Source: Candidatus Omnitrophota bacterium
GTDB taxonomy: Bacteria; Omnitrophota; Gorgyraeia; JAFGGP01
Direction of reading: 5' to 3'
DNA: 64,000 nucleotides
Assembly: GCA_016930485.1 (NCBI GenBank)
Contig: JAFGGP010000013.1
Span: 89,157 to 153,156 of the forward strand
In this document: one piece after another, positions 28,033-36,651 of the stretch
Layout of the letters: the number at the start of each line of letters is the position of its first letter
How positions within the stretch are numbered: position 1 is the stretch's first letter
Notes under the pieces: generated by a model
What the model saw: only the letters and a program-made list of their open reading frames with translations
What the model was told of the DNA's origin: nothing
Database searches by the model: none
Position numbers and translations under genes: made by a program

Positions 28033-29451
28033 ATGATTACGTTTGGAACGGACGGTTGGCGTGCTGTCATCTCTGAAGAATTCACCTTTGGGAATGTCCA
28101 GACAGTCTCACAGGCAATCGCCGATTTTTTTAATGAGACGACAGGGGCGTCCATCCGAAAACGAAAAAGAATCATCGTGGGATACGACACGCGTTTTCTT
28201 TCGCCAACCTACGCACGCCTTATTGCGGAGGTACTCAGCGGCAACGAGTTAAATGTGCTGCTTGTTGACAGGCCCACCCCGACACCGTCGGTCTGCGTAG
28301 CTATAAAAAACCAAAAATTAATCGGGGGCGTCATTGTCACAGCAAGTCATAACCCCTATAATTTCAGTGGGATAAAAATAAAAGCGAACTACGGGGGGCC
28401 GGCGACTCCCGAGATGACAAAACAGGTAGAATCTCTGCTTAACAAAAGTCAAATCCGCTGGCGATCTCTGGAAGACAGCCTTAAAACAGGCCGGGTGGTA
28501 GTCGCCGAGGTCGAAAAAGAGTACATTACAACTGTCAGAGACTATCTTGATATGAAAGCGATAAAAAAGGGCCGCTATAACATTCTGGTAGATTCGATGG
28601 GGGGAGCTGGAACCCGCCTTATCGAAAAAATACTCAGGGGCTCATCAATAAAGATAGACACTATTCATGGTGAGCCTGACCCTATGTTTGGTAGGGTTAA
28701 TCCAGAGCCAATTCCCCATAATCTTAAGACCCTCTTACGCCTGATGCGGACCGGCAAATATGATCTTGCTATTGCCAACGATGGTGACGCAGACCGCATT
28801 GGTGCCTTTACCGCTCTGGGGAGATTCATTACGCCCGGCCAAATACTCGGCCTGCTTATTTTGCACTTCAAAGAACATAAAGGGTGGAGCGGGGCAGTTG
28901 TGAAAACTGTATCAAACTCAACGATGATCAACAAAATTTGTGAAGCGCTCGGAATTAAGCTGTATGAGACCCCTGTCGGGTTTAAACACATCTGTGCATT
29001 AATGCAGGAAAAGAAGATTCTGGCCGGAGGAGAGGAATCGGGCGGGATCGGTGTTGCGAACTACGCCCCCGAGAGAGATGGAATGCTGCTCGGTCTTCTT
29101 CTTCTTGAGATCATGGCCATTAGAAAAAAACCTATCCACGAATTGATAGGTGAAATGGAGAGAAGATTTGGAAAATTTCGTTACGATAGAGTAGATGTCC
29201 ATTATCCCAATGAAAAGAAACCGATATTGATGCAAAAACTAAAGAACGACCCCCCTAAAAAATTACTCGGTGTTACCATAAAAGAGGTGCGGACTTCCGA
29301 CGGTGTCAAATATATTGCGGACGATCTCAGCTGGTTGTTGTTGCGACTATCTGGCACAGAGCCTATCCTGCGTATTTACGCCGAGAGCGGTTCTGTTAAC
29401 CGCACAAAGAAACTTCTTCAATTCGGGCAGCAACTGGCCTATTCTGTGTAG
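28033..29451 (+). CDS. phosphoglucomutase/phosphomannomutase family protein
   Basis: Active-site TASHNP, metal loop ANDGDADR, GEESGG. Confidence 0.85.
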   Translation: MITFGTDGWRAVISEEFTFGNVQTVSQAIADFFNETTGASIRKRKRIIVGYDTRFLSPTYARLIAEVLSGNELNVLLVDRPTPTPSVCVAIKNQKLIGGVIVTASHNPYNFSGIKIKANYGGPATPEMTKQVESLLNKSQIRWRSLEDSLKTGRVVVAEVEKEYITTVRDYLDMKAIKKGRYNILVDSMGGAGTRLIEKILRGSSIKIDTIHGEPDPMFGRVNPEPIPHNLKTLLRLMRTGKYDLAIANDGDADRIGAFTALGRFITPGQILGLLILHFKEHKGWSGAVVKTVSNSTMINKICEALGIKLYETPVGFKHICALMQEKKILAGGEESGGIGVANYAPERDGMLLGLLLLEIMAIRKKPIHELIGEMERRFGKFRYDRVDVHYPNEKKPILMQKLKNDPPKKLLGVTIKEVRTSDGVKYIADDLSWLLLRLSGTEPILRIYAESGSVNRTKKLLQFGQQLAYSV

Positions 29452-29453
29452 CT

Positions 29454-31250
29454 ATGAAAAAAAATGAGCTCATCAGAAATTTTTGTATTATTGCACATAT
29501 TGATCACGGAAAGTCGACCCTCGCCGATCGCTTACTAGTGACAACCGGTGCAATCAGTCTGAGAGAATTCCGCGAGCAGTTGCTGGACGACATGGACTTG
29601 GAACGAGAACGGGGCATAACCATTAAGTCTTCGGCAGTCAGGCTGTCGTATCAGTCGAAAGACGGTCCTGAATACATCCTTAACCTCATCGATACCCCGG
29701 GGCATGTCGATTTTTCATACGAGGTTTCGAAGGCGTTGACCGCCTGTGAGGGTGCATTACTCCTCGTCGATGCGGCACAAGGGGTTGAGGCACAGACGGT
29801 GGCAAATCTTTACCAGGCACTCAACCATGAGTTAAAGATTATACCGATTATCAACAAGATCGATCTCACGAATGCACAGATAGAGCTGACAGCACAGCAA
29901 ATCAGCGATATTCTCGAGATCGACGAAAGAGACATCATCCGCGCAAGTGCCAAGGAAGGAGTGGGAATCCGAGATATACTGGAGCGCATCATCAGAGATG
30001 TTCCTCATCCACAGGGGTCCCCAGAAGACCCTCTTCAGGCCCTGATTTTCGACTCGGTATTTAATACCTACAAAGGGGTGATTGTGTATATCCGTGTTTT
30101 TTCAGGATGCATCGAGGCAGGAATGAATATCGAGATGATGGCAATCAAACAGACATATACCGTTCAAGAAGTCGGAATTTTTCGTCCGAAACCCCAAACA
30201 ATAAACAGACTGGAAGCGGGGGAGGTTGGGTATCTGACATGTAATCTCCGCGATGCCCGCCATATCTCCATCGGCGATACAATCACCAATATACATAAGC
30301 CATGCGCAGTCCCACTGACTGGTTACAGAGAAGTCAATCCTATGGTTTTTTGCGGTATCTACCCGTCTAACGCGAAGGATTTTGCCGCCTTAAAAGAAGC
30401 GATTACTAAATTGGCTTTGAATGACTCCTCATTTATATTTGAAATAGAGTCTTCTCCTTCCCTTGGTTACGGCTTCCGCTGCGGTTTTCAGGGATTGCTC
30501 CATATGGAAATCATCCAAGAACGTCTTGAGCGGGAGTACGACCTTAACCTTGTGCTGACAACTCCAAGCGTTAAATACGTCGTGACTAAAAAAAGAGGGG
30601 AAACTCTGGAGGTTGACAACCCCAGTCTTTTTCCGCCCCCACAGGAAATAGAATACATATCGGAACCCTTTGTAAAGGCAACGCTTATGGTCCCTCAAGA
30701 CTGTGTCGGACCTCTTATGGAACTTTCCATAGCGCGACGGGGGATATATAAGTCAACCGAATATCTTGGCGAAAATCGCGCCCGGATGTTTTTTGAATTT
30801 CCGCTTTCCGAGATCATCGTCGATTTTTACGATAAACTCAAATCGTCGACGCGTGGCTATGGTTCGATGGAGTATGCGTTTCTCGAATACAGAAAAACAG
30901 ATGTGGTTAAAATGGATATCCTCATAAACGGGCAACCATGCGATGCGCTTTCATCGCTTCTGCATAAAGAAAAGGCCGAGTATAAAGGTCGACAACTTCT
31001 GATAAAACTTAAAGAGTTGATCCCGCGGCAGCTCTTCGAAGTCGTAATACAGGCGGCTATCGGCAACCGGATCCTCGCCCGAGAAAGAGTCCCTCCTTTA
31101 AGCAAGCATGTGACGGGAAAATGTTATGGCGGAGACATCACAAGAAAAAGGAAGTTGTGGGAAAAACAGAGGATGGGAAAGAAACGCATGAAAAAATTTG
31201 GCAAGGTAGACATTCCGCAAGAGGCGTTTCTTGCGGTATTGAAACTGTAA
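29454..31250 (+). CDS. lepA: elongation factor 4
   Basis: IRNFCIIAHIDHGKSTLADR, DTPGHVDF, NKIDL. 598 aa with a LepA-type C-terminus. Confidence 0.96.
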   Translation: MKKNELIRNFCIIAHIDHGKSTLADRLLVTTGAISLREFREQLLDDMDLERERGITIKSSAVRLSYQSKDGPEYILNLIDTPGHVDFSYEVSKALTACEGALLLVDAAQGVEAQTVANLYQALNHELKIIPIINKIDLTNAQIELTAQQISDILEIDERDIIRASAKEGVGIRDILERIIRDVPHPQGSPEDPLQALIFDSVFNTYKGVIVYIRVFSGCIEAGMNIEMMAIKQTYTVQEVGIFRPKPQTINRLEAGEVGYLTCNLRDARHISIGDTITNIHKPCAVPLTGYREVNPMVFCGIYPSNAKDFAALKEAITKLALNDSSFIFEIESSPSLGYGFRCGFQGLLHMEIIQERLEREYDLNLVLTTPSVKYVVTKKRGETLEVDNPSLFPPPQEIEYISEPFVKATLMVPQDCVGPLMELSIARRGIYKSTEYLGENRARMFFEFPLSEIIVDFYDKLKSSTRGYGSMEYAFLEYRKTDVVKMDILINGQPCDALSSLLHKEKAEYKGRQLLIKLKELIPRQLFEVVIQAAIGNRILARERVPPLSKHVTGKCYGGDITRKRKLWEKQRMGKKRMKKFGKVDIPQEAFLAVLKL

Positions 31251-31255
31251 CGCTT

Positions 31256-31798
31256 ATGAAACCTTCTACAAAAGCAATCATTAGAGAATACATCGAATCA
31301 ATCGTTATAGCGCTCATTCTTGCCTTATTGATACGGACGTTTGTCGTACAGGCATTTAAGATTCCGACCGGCTCTATGCGCCCCACACTTTTGGAGGGCG
31401 ACAGGATATTAGTTAACAGATTTATTTATCGTTTCCAAAAGCCGCAGCGCGGGGATGTAATAGTCTTTAAATTTCCTGATAACCCGAAACGCGATTTTAT
31501 AAAACGCCTCATCGCCACAGAAGGAGAAAGCGTTGAAATACGTTCCGGAGATATTTATGTGAACGGGGAGCTTATGCTCGTTCCCCCTCAGATACGGGAT
31601 CGTTTCTACTACAATCGCGGTGTCTTCGGTCAAGAGGGGATGGTGGTGATTGTCCCAGAGGACTCCTTCTTTGTGCTTGGCGACAATAGCGGCTCCAGTA
31701 AGGACAGCAGATATTGGGGTTTCGTTCCAAAGAGATATCTTGTCGGTAAGGCCTTCTTTATTTATTGGCCTCTTACGAGGTGGCGTGTTATTCATTAG
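31256..31798 (+). CDS. lepB: signal peptidase I
   Basis: TM helix followed by IPTGSMRPTL (Ser box), GDVIVFKFP, KRLIA (Lys box), GDNSGSSKDSRYWGFV. ATG 31256 lies after the lepA stop. The track start 31121 overlaps lepA. Confidence 0.9.
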   Translation: MKPSTKAIIREYIESIVIALILALLIRTFVVQAFKIPTGSMRPTLLEGDRILVNRFIYRFQKPQRGDVIVFKFPDNPKRDFIKRLIATEGESVEIRSGDIYVNGELMLVPPQIRDRFYYNRGVFGQEGMVVIVPEDSFFVLGDNSGSSKDSRYWGFVPKRYLVGKAFFIYWPLTRWRVIH

Positions 31799-31824
31799 TA
31801 AACTCTGATTAAAGTTGATATAAA

Positions 31825-31853
31825 TTGCATTGGAATGATGAATATGATATAAT
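31825..31853 (+). promoter_or_regulatory. candidate promoter (TTGCAT-17 nt-TATAAT)
   Basis: Boxes at 31825-31830 and 31848-31853, in the 99-bp gap after lepB. Confidence 0.45.
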
Positions 31854-31897
31854 TTATCTAGTATCTCAATACTATGACTTCTAACAATGGAGGCGAT

Positions 31898-32197
31898 ATG
31901 AAGCACACGATGTTACTAACGATCTTGGTGATTGTCCTTTTATCGGTTGGCTGCACAACAACACAAAAGGGTTCAGGAATCGGTGCCGCGACAGGGGCTG
32001 GTCTTGGTGCCATTATCGGACATCAGTCTGGTCATACTGCGGAGGGGGCGGCAATTGGGGCCTTGGGAGGAGCGGCGGCGGGTGCTCTCATCGGAGAGCA
32101 GATGGATACAAAATTTTGCCCAACATGCGGACGCTCTTATCCCGGCAATGTAACTTACTGTCCAAACGATGGTACCGAACTGCGGTGGAAGGAATAA
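31898..32197 (+). CDS. lipoprotein with glycine-zipper region and C-terminal CxxC...CxxD zinc-ribbon-like motif
   Basis: Lipobox LLSVGC. GxxxG-rich GIGAATGAGLGAIIG...GALGGAAAGALIG. C-terminal CPTCGRSYPGNVTYCPNDG. GGAGG lies upstream of ATG 31898. Confidence 0.6.
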   Translation: MKHTMLLTILVIVLLSVGCTTTQKGSGIGAATGAGLGAIIGHQSGHTAEGAAIGALGGAAAGALIGEQMDTKFCPTCGRSYPGNVTYCPNDGTELRWKE

Positions 32198-32223
32198 CGC
32201 AGTAACTCACAATCTGCTGCAAA

Positions 32224-32769
32224 ATGACCGCTGCTAATTTAATTACTCTGTCACGGTTCATTTTGGCTTTATTTTTTGTGGTACTTATTTTATTGGCAGA
32301 CCCAGTAAATGAGTCTATTCGGCTCATTTGCCTGGGTCTTTTTTTGGCGGCCTCCCTCACCGATGCGCTAGATGGCTTTGTTGCCCGGAAGACAGGAGCA
32401 AAAACCATGCTGGGTACCATACTCGATCCTATCGCCGATAAAATTCTTCTGCTGAGTGCCTTCCTTGCATTCGCCTTTGTTGATACGCTGCCTCTTTACC
32501 TGAGGGCGCCGAAGATAGTCGCCATAGCAGTGCTCTGCAGGGACATGTTAATTATCGGGGGGTGCATATTCATATATCGTATCAATAAAAAAATTCATAT
32601 TACCCCTTCACCGATAGGGAAGATTACAACCTTTTTGCAGACAACCGTTATACTTTTAATGCTTTTAAAATTTTCTCAAATGAACACGCTGCTTTACTGC
32701 GTAGCCGTTGTTACTGTTATTTCCGGAATTGACTATGTCTATCGAGGAGTCAACTTATTAAAGACATAA
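32224..32769 (+). CDS. pgsA: CDP-alcohol phosphatidyltransferase (PgsA-like)
   Basis: DALDGFVARKTGAKTMLGTILDPIADK matches D(x2)DG(x2)AR...G(x3)D(x3)D. Multi-TM, 181 aa. Confidence 0.8.
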   Translation: MTAANLITLSRFILALFFVVLILLADPVNESIRLICLGLFLAASLTDALDGFVARKTGAKTMLGTILDPIADKILLLSAFLAFAFVDTLPLYLRAPKIVAIAVLCRDMLIIGGCIFIYRINKKIHITPSPIGKITTFLQTTVILLMLLKFSQMNTLLYCVAVVTVISGIDYVYRGVNLLKT

Positions 32770-34067
32770 CTCTCCCTGTTGTCTCGATTGTAGGACGCCC
32801 AAATGTTGGAAAGTCATCGCTTTTCAATGCCCTTGCCGGAAAACGTATCGCAATCGTCCACCACGAACCCGGGACATCGCGCGATACCATCAACGCCATT
32901 ATTGAAGCTGGCGGGTTCTGCTTTAAGCTCGTCGACACAGGCGGCATTCCTCCCACAACACCTTCTGAGGGCCTCACCAAAGAGATGCACAATCAAACAC
33001 TTAATGCCATTAGCTCTTCTTCGCTTATTATCTTCCTGTGCGACGCCCGCACCGGTTTCTCTCACCAGGATAACAGCATAGCCCAACTTATCAGGTCCTC
33101 CGCAAAACCTGTGATTTTAGCCGTGAACAAGGTGGATAATAGCGCTCTTTCTGGTTGTCTCTCAGAATTCTATGAGGCTGGATTGGGCGACCCGCTTCCT
33201 CTGTCGGCACTCCACAAAAAGGGGCTATCCAGACTGTTTGAATCGATCCGTGTTAAACTCCCTGATGCGCCGGCCACATTTTCCCCTGTATCCGAATCGG
33301 TGAAAATCGCAATTGTCGGCAGGCCAAACGTCGGGAAGTCCTCCTTTTTCAACCGTCTTCTGGGCTTCGAGCGGGTTATTGTTGATCGGCGTGCAGGAAC
33401 AACGCGGGATTCGGTCGATACCCTCATACACAAAAATGATGAATGTTTTCTCATCATCGATACCGCAGGCCTTAAAAAGAAATTCAGCGATCCAGTAGAG
33501 TATTTTTCTTCGCTCAGAACCCATCACTCTATTGATAAAAGCCAGGTGTGTCTTCTGTTATTGGATCCAACCGAAGGCATATTGACCGAAGACGTAAAAA
33601 TCTTTAATCTCGTTCGCAGCAAAGGCAGGGCCTGTCTTATTGTGGTAAATAAATGGGACCTTATGAAAGATATCTCGCAAAAAAAATACAAGAAATGGCT
33701 CCTAGAAACAACCCCCCTCCTGGGTGGGGTGCCGATTATCTTTGCCTCAGCAGCACGTGGTGAGGGTATGGAGGAGGCCCTTCGTGAAAGTGCTCGTGTA
33801 TCAAAAAAGCTGAACGCGGCATTCAAGACCTCCAAACTGAATAAAATTATAGAAAAACATAGAAATGCTTTGAAAATTAAAATATACTATATGGTACAGG
33901 TAAAGACGTTCCCAAAAACTTTTGTGATCTTTGTAAACAATCCAAAAGCAGTTAAGACGCTCCACAAAAGAACCCTTGAAAACATTCTGAGAAAAGAATT
34001 GTTGCTTTATGGAATTCCTGTCGTTCTTGAATTTCGAAACAGAAATGCTAAGAAGGGGTTGCAGTAA
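32757..34067 (+). CDS. der: ribosome-associated GTPase Der/EngA (two G domains); start codon non-canonical
   Basis: G1 P-loop IVGRPNVGKSSLFN at 32787-32828 lies upstream of the first in-frame ATG (32985). G2 KIAIVGRPNVGKSSFFN and a KH-like C-terminus follow. After the in-frame TGA at 32730 there is no ATG/GTG/TTG. ATT 32757 sits 7 nt after GAGGAG. Confidence 0.88.
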   Translation: MKDITLPVVSIVGRPNVGKSSLFNALAGKRIAIVHHEPGTSRDTINAIIEAGGFCFKLVDTGGIPPTTPSEGLTKEMHNQTLNAISSSSLIIFLCDARTGFSHQDNSIAQLIRSSAKPVILAVNKVDNSALSGCLSEFYEAGLGDPLPLSALHKKGLSRLFESIRVKLPDAPATFSPVSESVKIAIVGRPNVGKSSFFNRLLGFERVIVDRRAGTTRDSVDTLIHKNDECFLIIDTAGLKKKFSDPVEYFSSLRTHHSIDKSQVCLLLLDPTEGILTEDVKIFNLVRSKGRACLIVVNKWDLMKDISQKKYKKWLLETTPLLGGVPIIFASAARGEGMEEALRESARVSKKLNAAFKTSKLNKIIEKHRNALKIKIYYMVQVKTFPKTFVIFVNNPKAVKTLHKRTLENILRKELLLYGIPVVLEFRNRNAKKGLQ

Positions 34068-34679
34068 ATGAAACTTCTCCTCGGGCTTATATTTTCGTAT
34101 GTACTCGGTTCTTTTCCAACGGCATATATTATTGCCAAAAAAATGAAAAATGTCGATATACGCCACTTTGGCAGCGGAAATGTTGGGGCCACAAACGCTG
34201 CACGACTCATTGGATACCGAGCAGGCAGTCTCGTATTACTCATTGACGTTCTCAAAGGACTGCTCCCGGCCACATGCATCGCCCAGATATGCTCTTCGGG
34301 GCTTGAAACAATCAGCCCTTCACAGGTCAGCTGTCTATACGGACTAGCTGCCTTTATCGGTCACAACTGGTCATGTTTTCTCGGATTTAAAGGCGGTAAA
34401 GGCGTTGCAACTGCGGCTGGTGTATTTTTGGGGGTCATACCTGACGCTGTGCTGATTGCCGGAGGAGCCTGGATTATTGTTGTGTTTGCAACACGGTATG
34501 TCTCTCTTGGTTCGATACTGGCGGCGGTCGCTATCCCTGTACTTGCCATTATCCTCAACAAACCCCCTGAAATAGTACTGATTTCCGTTCTCATTTCGAG
34601 TGCGGTTGTCTATCGGCACAAAAGTAATATTAACCGGTTAATTCATGGGGCAGAAAATAAACTGCGCCGCAGGTCGTGA
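34068..34679 (+). CDS. plsY: glycerol-3-phosphate acyltransferase PlsY
   Basis: FGSGNVGATNAAR and FKGGKGVATAAG motifs. Multi-TM, 203 aa. Confidence 0.92.
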   Translation: MKLLLGLIFSYVLGSFPTAYIIAKKMKNVDIRHFGSGNVGATNAARLIGYRAGSLVLLIDVLKGLLPATCIAQICSSGLETISPSQVSCLYGLAAFIGHNWSCFLGFKGGKGVATAAGVFLGVIPDAVLIAGGAWIIVVFATRYVSLGSILAAVAIPVLAIILNKPPEIVLISVLISSAVVYRHKSNINRLIHGAENKLRRRS

Positions 34680-34738
34680 CAAAAACTGTAACTTATTTAA
34701 AATAAAAAAGATAAAAGATAAAAAAATCTCACGGATAC

Positions 34739-34767
34739 TTGAATTTGACAAAAGCCTATGATATACT
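34739..34767 (+). promoter_or_regulatory. candidate promoter (TTGAAT-17 nt-TATACT)
   Basis: Boxes at 34739-34744 and 34762-34767, in the AT-rich 212-bp gap after plsY. Confidence 0.4.
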
Positions 34768-34840
34768 TTTACTTAGAGTAAAGAAGACTCTTTTTTATTG
34801 CCCGGATAATAAAAACTTTTAAAAAGTTAGATAAAATGTG

Positions 34841-34866
34841 GGCGTCCGAGCGACGCCTTTTTTATT
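34841..34866 (+). terminator. intrinsic-terminator-like hairpin (GGCGTC-5 nt-GACGCC + T7)
   Basis: Perfect 6-bp GC stem at 34841-34846/34852-34857 followed by TTTTTTTATTT. Lies downstream of the promoter above and 26 nt upstream of the next ATG. Confidence 0.5.
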
Positions 34867-34891
34867 TAACTTTGTCCAGGGGTGTGCAACA

Positions 34892-35275
34892 ATGAGAGAA
34901 ATTATCTTCAAGGACGTGACTTCACGCAATAGGCGTAAAGAGATCTCGGTATATGAGGCCGTGGAGAATGATGGGGTAGTTGCCATTAGTGAGCGCTATT
35001 CCCGCTATACATTGCGGCGCAGAGTTCTTGTTGACAATCAGGATGATCTGCAAAGTTGGATTCAAACCAATATCATATCCCAAAAACCAAAACTCCGAAG
35101 ACTTGATATTATGAAGTCTCATAATACACGCTTGGCCGAAGACCTCTATTCATATATCGCGGTCGGCAATTTTTATGTCCTTACAAAAAATGAAGTTCTG
35201 TCCTTCATCTTCACTGAAAGTTTCAAAATTCGATTCATCGATTTATGTAAAGCCCGTGAGTGCAATCCGTATTAG
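34892..35275 (+). CDS. hypothetical protein (127 aa), no recognisable motif
   Basis: ORF MREIIFKDVTSRNRRKEISVYEAVENDG... has no TM helix or signal peptide. It ends 11 nt before pilT. The track start 34838 would place the terminator hairpin inside the CDS. Confidence 0.5.
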   Translation: MREIIFKDVTSRNRRKEISVYEAVENDGVVAISERYSRYTLRRRVLVDNQDDLQSWIQTNIISQKPKLRRLDIMKSHNTRLAEDLYSYIAVGNFYVLTKNEVLSFIFTESFKIRFIDLCKARECNPY

Positions 35276-35286
35276 AAAGGTACTCC

Positions 35287-36597
35287 ATGAATCAGCAAAG
35301 ACGACTTATCGGTGAAGAACTCATACGAGAAGGCCTCATTTCGGAGGAACAGCTCTTCACGGCACTGGATGTGCAACGACTATCAGAGGCATGGCAAAAA
35401 CTGGGTAAGGTCCTTTTGGATCTGGGATACGTCAGCGCAGATGTCCTGAATAAGTTCCTTAAGGAAAAAAAATACACCGAGGAAGATGTCTCATTTGTGG
35501 AGGCAATCCCGGTATCGCTTGCAGAAGAGATCTCGATAACCCAGTACGACAATGTTCGAGAACTGCTCAGAATGATGGTATGCCAGGGGGCTAGCGATTT
35601 ACACCTCAGGGTAGGGGTAGCCCCAACGTTGCGCATAAACGGTATTATTAAAAAAACGCCCCTCGCGCCCCTTAATCCTGAAACAGTGCAAGAGTTACTT
35701 CTTCAGCTGATTTCTCGAGAAACGTTCGAAGAGTTTCAAGGCAAGAAAGAGCTCGATTTCTCCCTCAGCATCCCTGATCTCAGCAGATTCAGGATAAATG
35801 TCTATTTGCAGCGCGGGACTTTAAGTATGGCGATTCGGGCTATTCCGTACCGCATACCGACAATCGAGGAACTAACCCTTCCACCCATTGTAAAGGACAT
35901 TATTAATGTGCGGGGCGGGCTTATTCTCATTACCGGGGCTAACGGCATGGGCAAATCGACAACGCTGGCCTCCCTCGTCGGGTATCTCAATCAAACAAAA
36001 GAGCTCAATATTATTACCATTGAAGACCCGATAGAGTACATCCATAAACATCAATTAAGCACTATTGACCAACGCGAACTGGGAAAAGACACCCTGTCAT
36101 TTGAAGAGGCTCTCAAGCATGTAGTCCGGCAAGATCCGGATGTAGTAATGATTGGAGAAATGCGTGATCTGGAAACGATAAGGACGGCATTAACGCTGGC
36201 GGAGACTGGCCACCTGATTTTGGCAACACTGCATACGCTGGATGCCGTTCATGCAATCAACCGCATCGTCGATGTCTTCCCGCAAAACGAAAAAGAGCAG
36301 ACTAGAGTACAGCTTTCTATGGCACTTGAGGCGGTTATTTGTCAGCAGCTTCTACCCGCAAAGGACAAAAATAAACGCATCTTGGCAACAGAAATTCTGC
36401 GGGCTACAGACTCGGTCAGAAATCTCATTCGGACAAACCAGCTCCCTCAAATTTACACCATTATGCAAACGAGCTCTCAATTAGGCATGCACACCATGCC
36501 CCAATCATTGGTTACCCTCTATAAAAAAGAGCTCATTGTCAAAGACGAGCTTTTCAAACGCTGTCAAAATCCTGACGAAATTAAGGCCCTTCTTTAA
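35287..36597 (+). CDS. pilT: PilT-family type IV pilus retraction ATPase with ~90-aa MshEN/GspE-N-like N-terminal extension
   Basis: GASDLHLRVGVAPTLRINGI, Walker A GANGMGKSTTLA, DPDVVMIGEMRD, His box TGHLILATLHT, PilT signature SVRNLIRTNQ. N-terminal tandem LIGEELIREGLISEEQL.. / KLGKVLLDLGYVSADVL.. repeats. Confidence 0.85.
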   Translation: MNQQRRLIGEELIREGLISEEQLFTALDVQRLSEAWQKLGKVLLDLGYVSADVLNKFLKEKKYTEEDVSFVEAIPVSLAEEISITQYDNVRELLRMMVCQGASDLHLRVGVAPTLRINGIIKKTPLAPLNPETVQELLLQLISRETFEEFQGKKELDFSLSIPDLSRFRINVYLQRGTLSMAIRAIPYRIPTIEELTLPPIVKDIINVRGGLILITGANGMGKSTTLASLVGYLNQTKELNIITIEDPIEYIHKHQLSTIDQRELGKDTLSFEEALKHVVRQDPDVVMIGEMRDLETIRTALTLAETGHLILATLHTLDAVHAINRIVDVFPQNEKEQTRVQLSMALEAVICQQLLPAKDKNKRILATEILRATDSVRNLIRTNQLPQIYTIMQTSSQLGMHTMPQSLVTLYKKELIVKDELFKRCQNPDEIKALL

Positions 36598-36651
36598 AAA
36601 CACCTTTTTTATTGACGCCATGAAAATGTCTATGCTATCTTAAGGTCTGTT

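Noticed and set aside
32803-33081. 92-aa + strand ORF MLESHRFSMPLPENV... and the ATG 32985 start for der
   Set aside because: The 92-aa ORF is an off-frame read through the Der G1 domain. Starting der at 32985 would remove the G1 P-loop, which is clearly encoded in frame upstream.
36612-36641. TTGACG-18-TATCTT promoter-like boxes directly upstream of gpsA
   Set aside because: The -10 box ends only about 10 nt before the ATG at 36652, so there would be almost no 5' UTR or SD. It is possible as a leaderless arrangement, but too weak to list as a feature.
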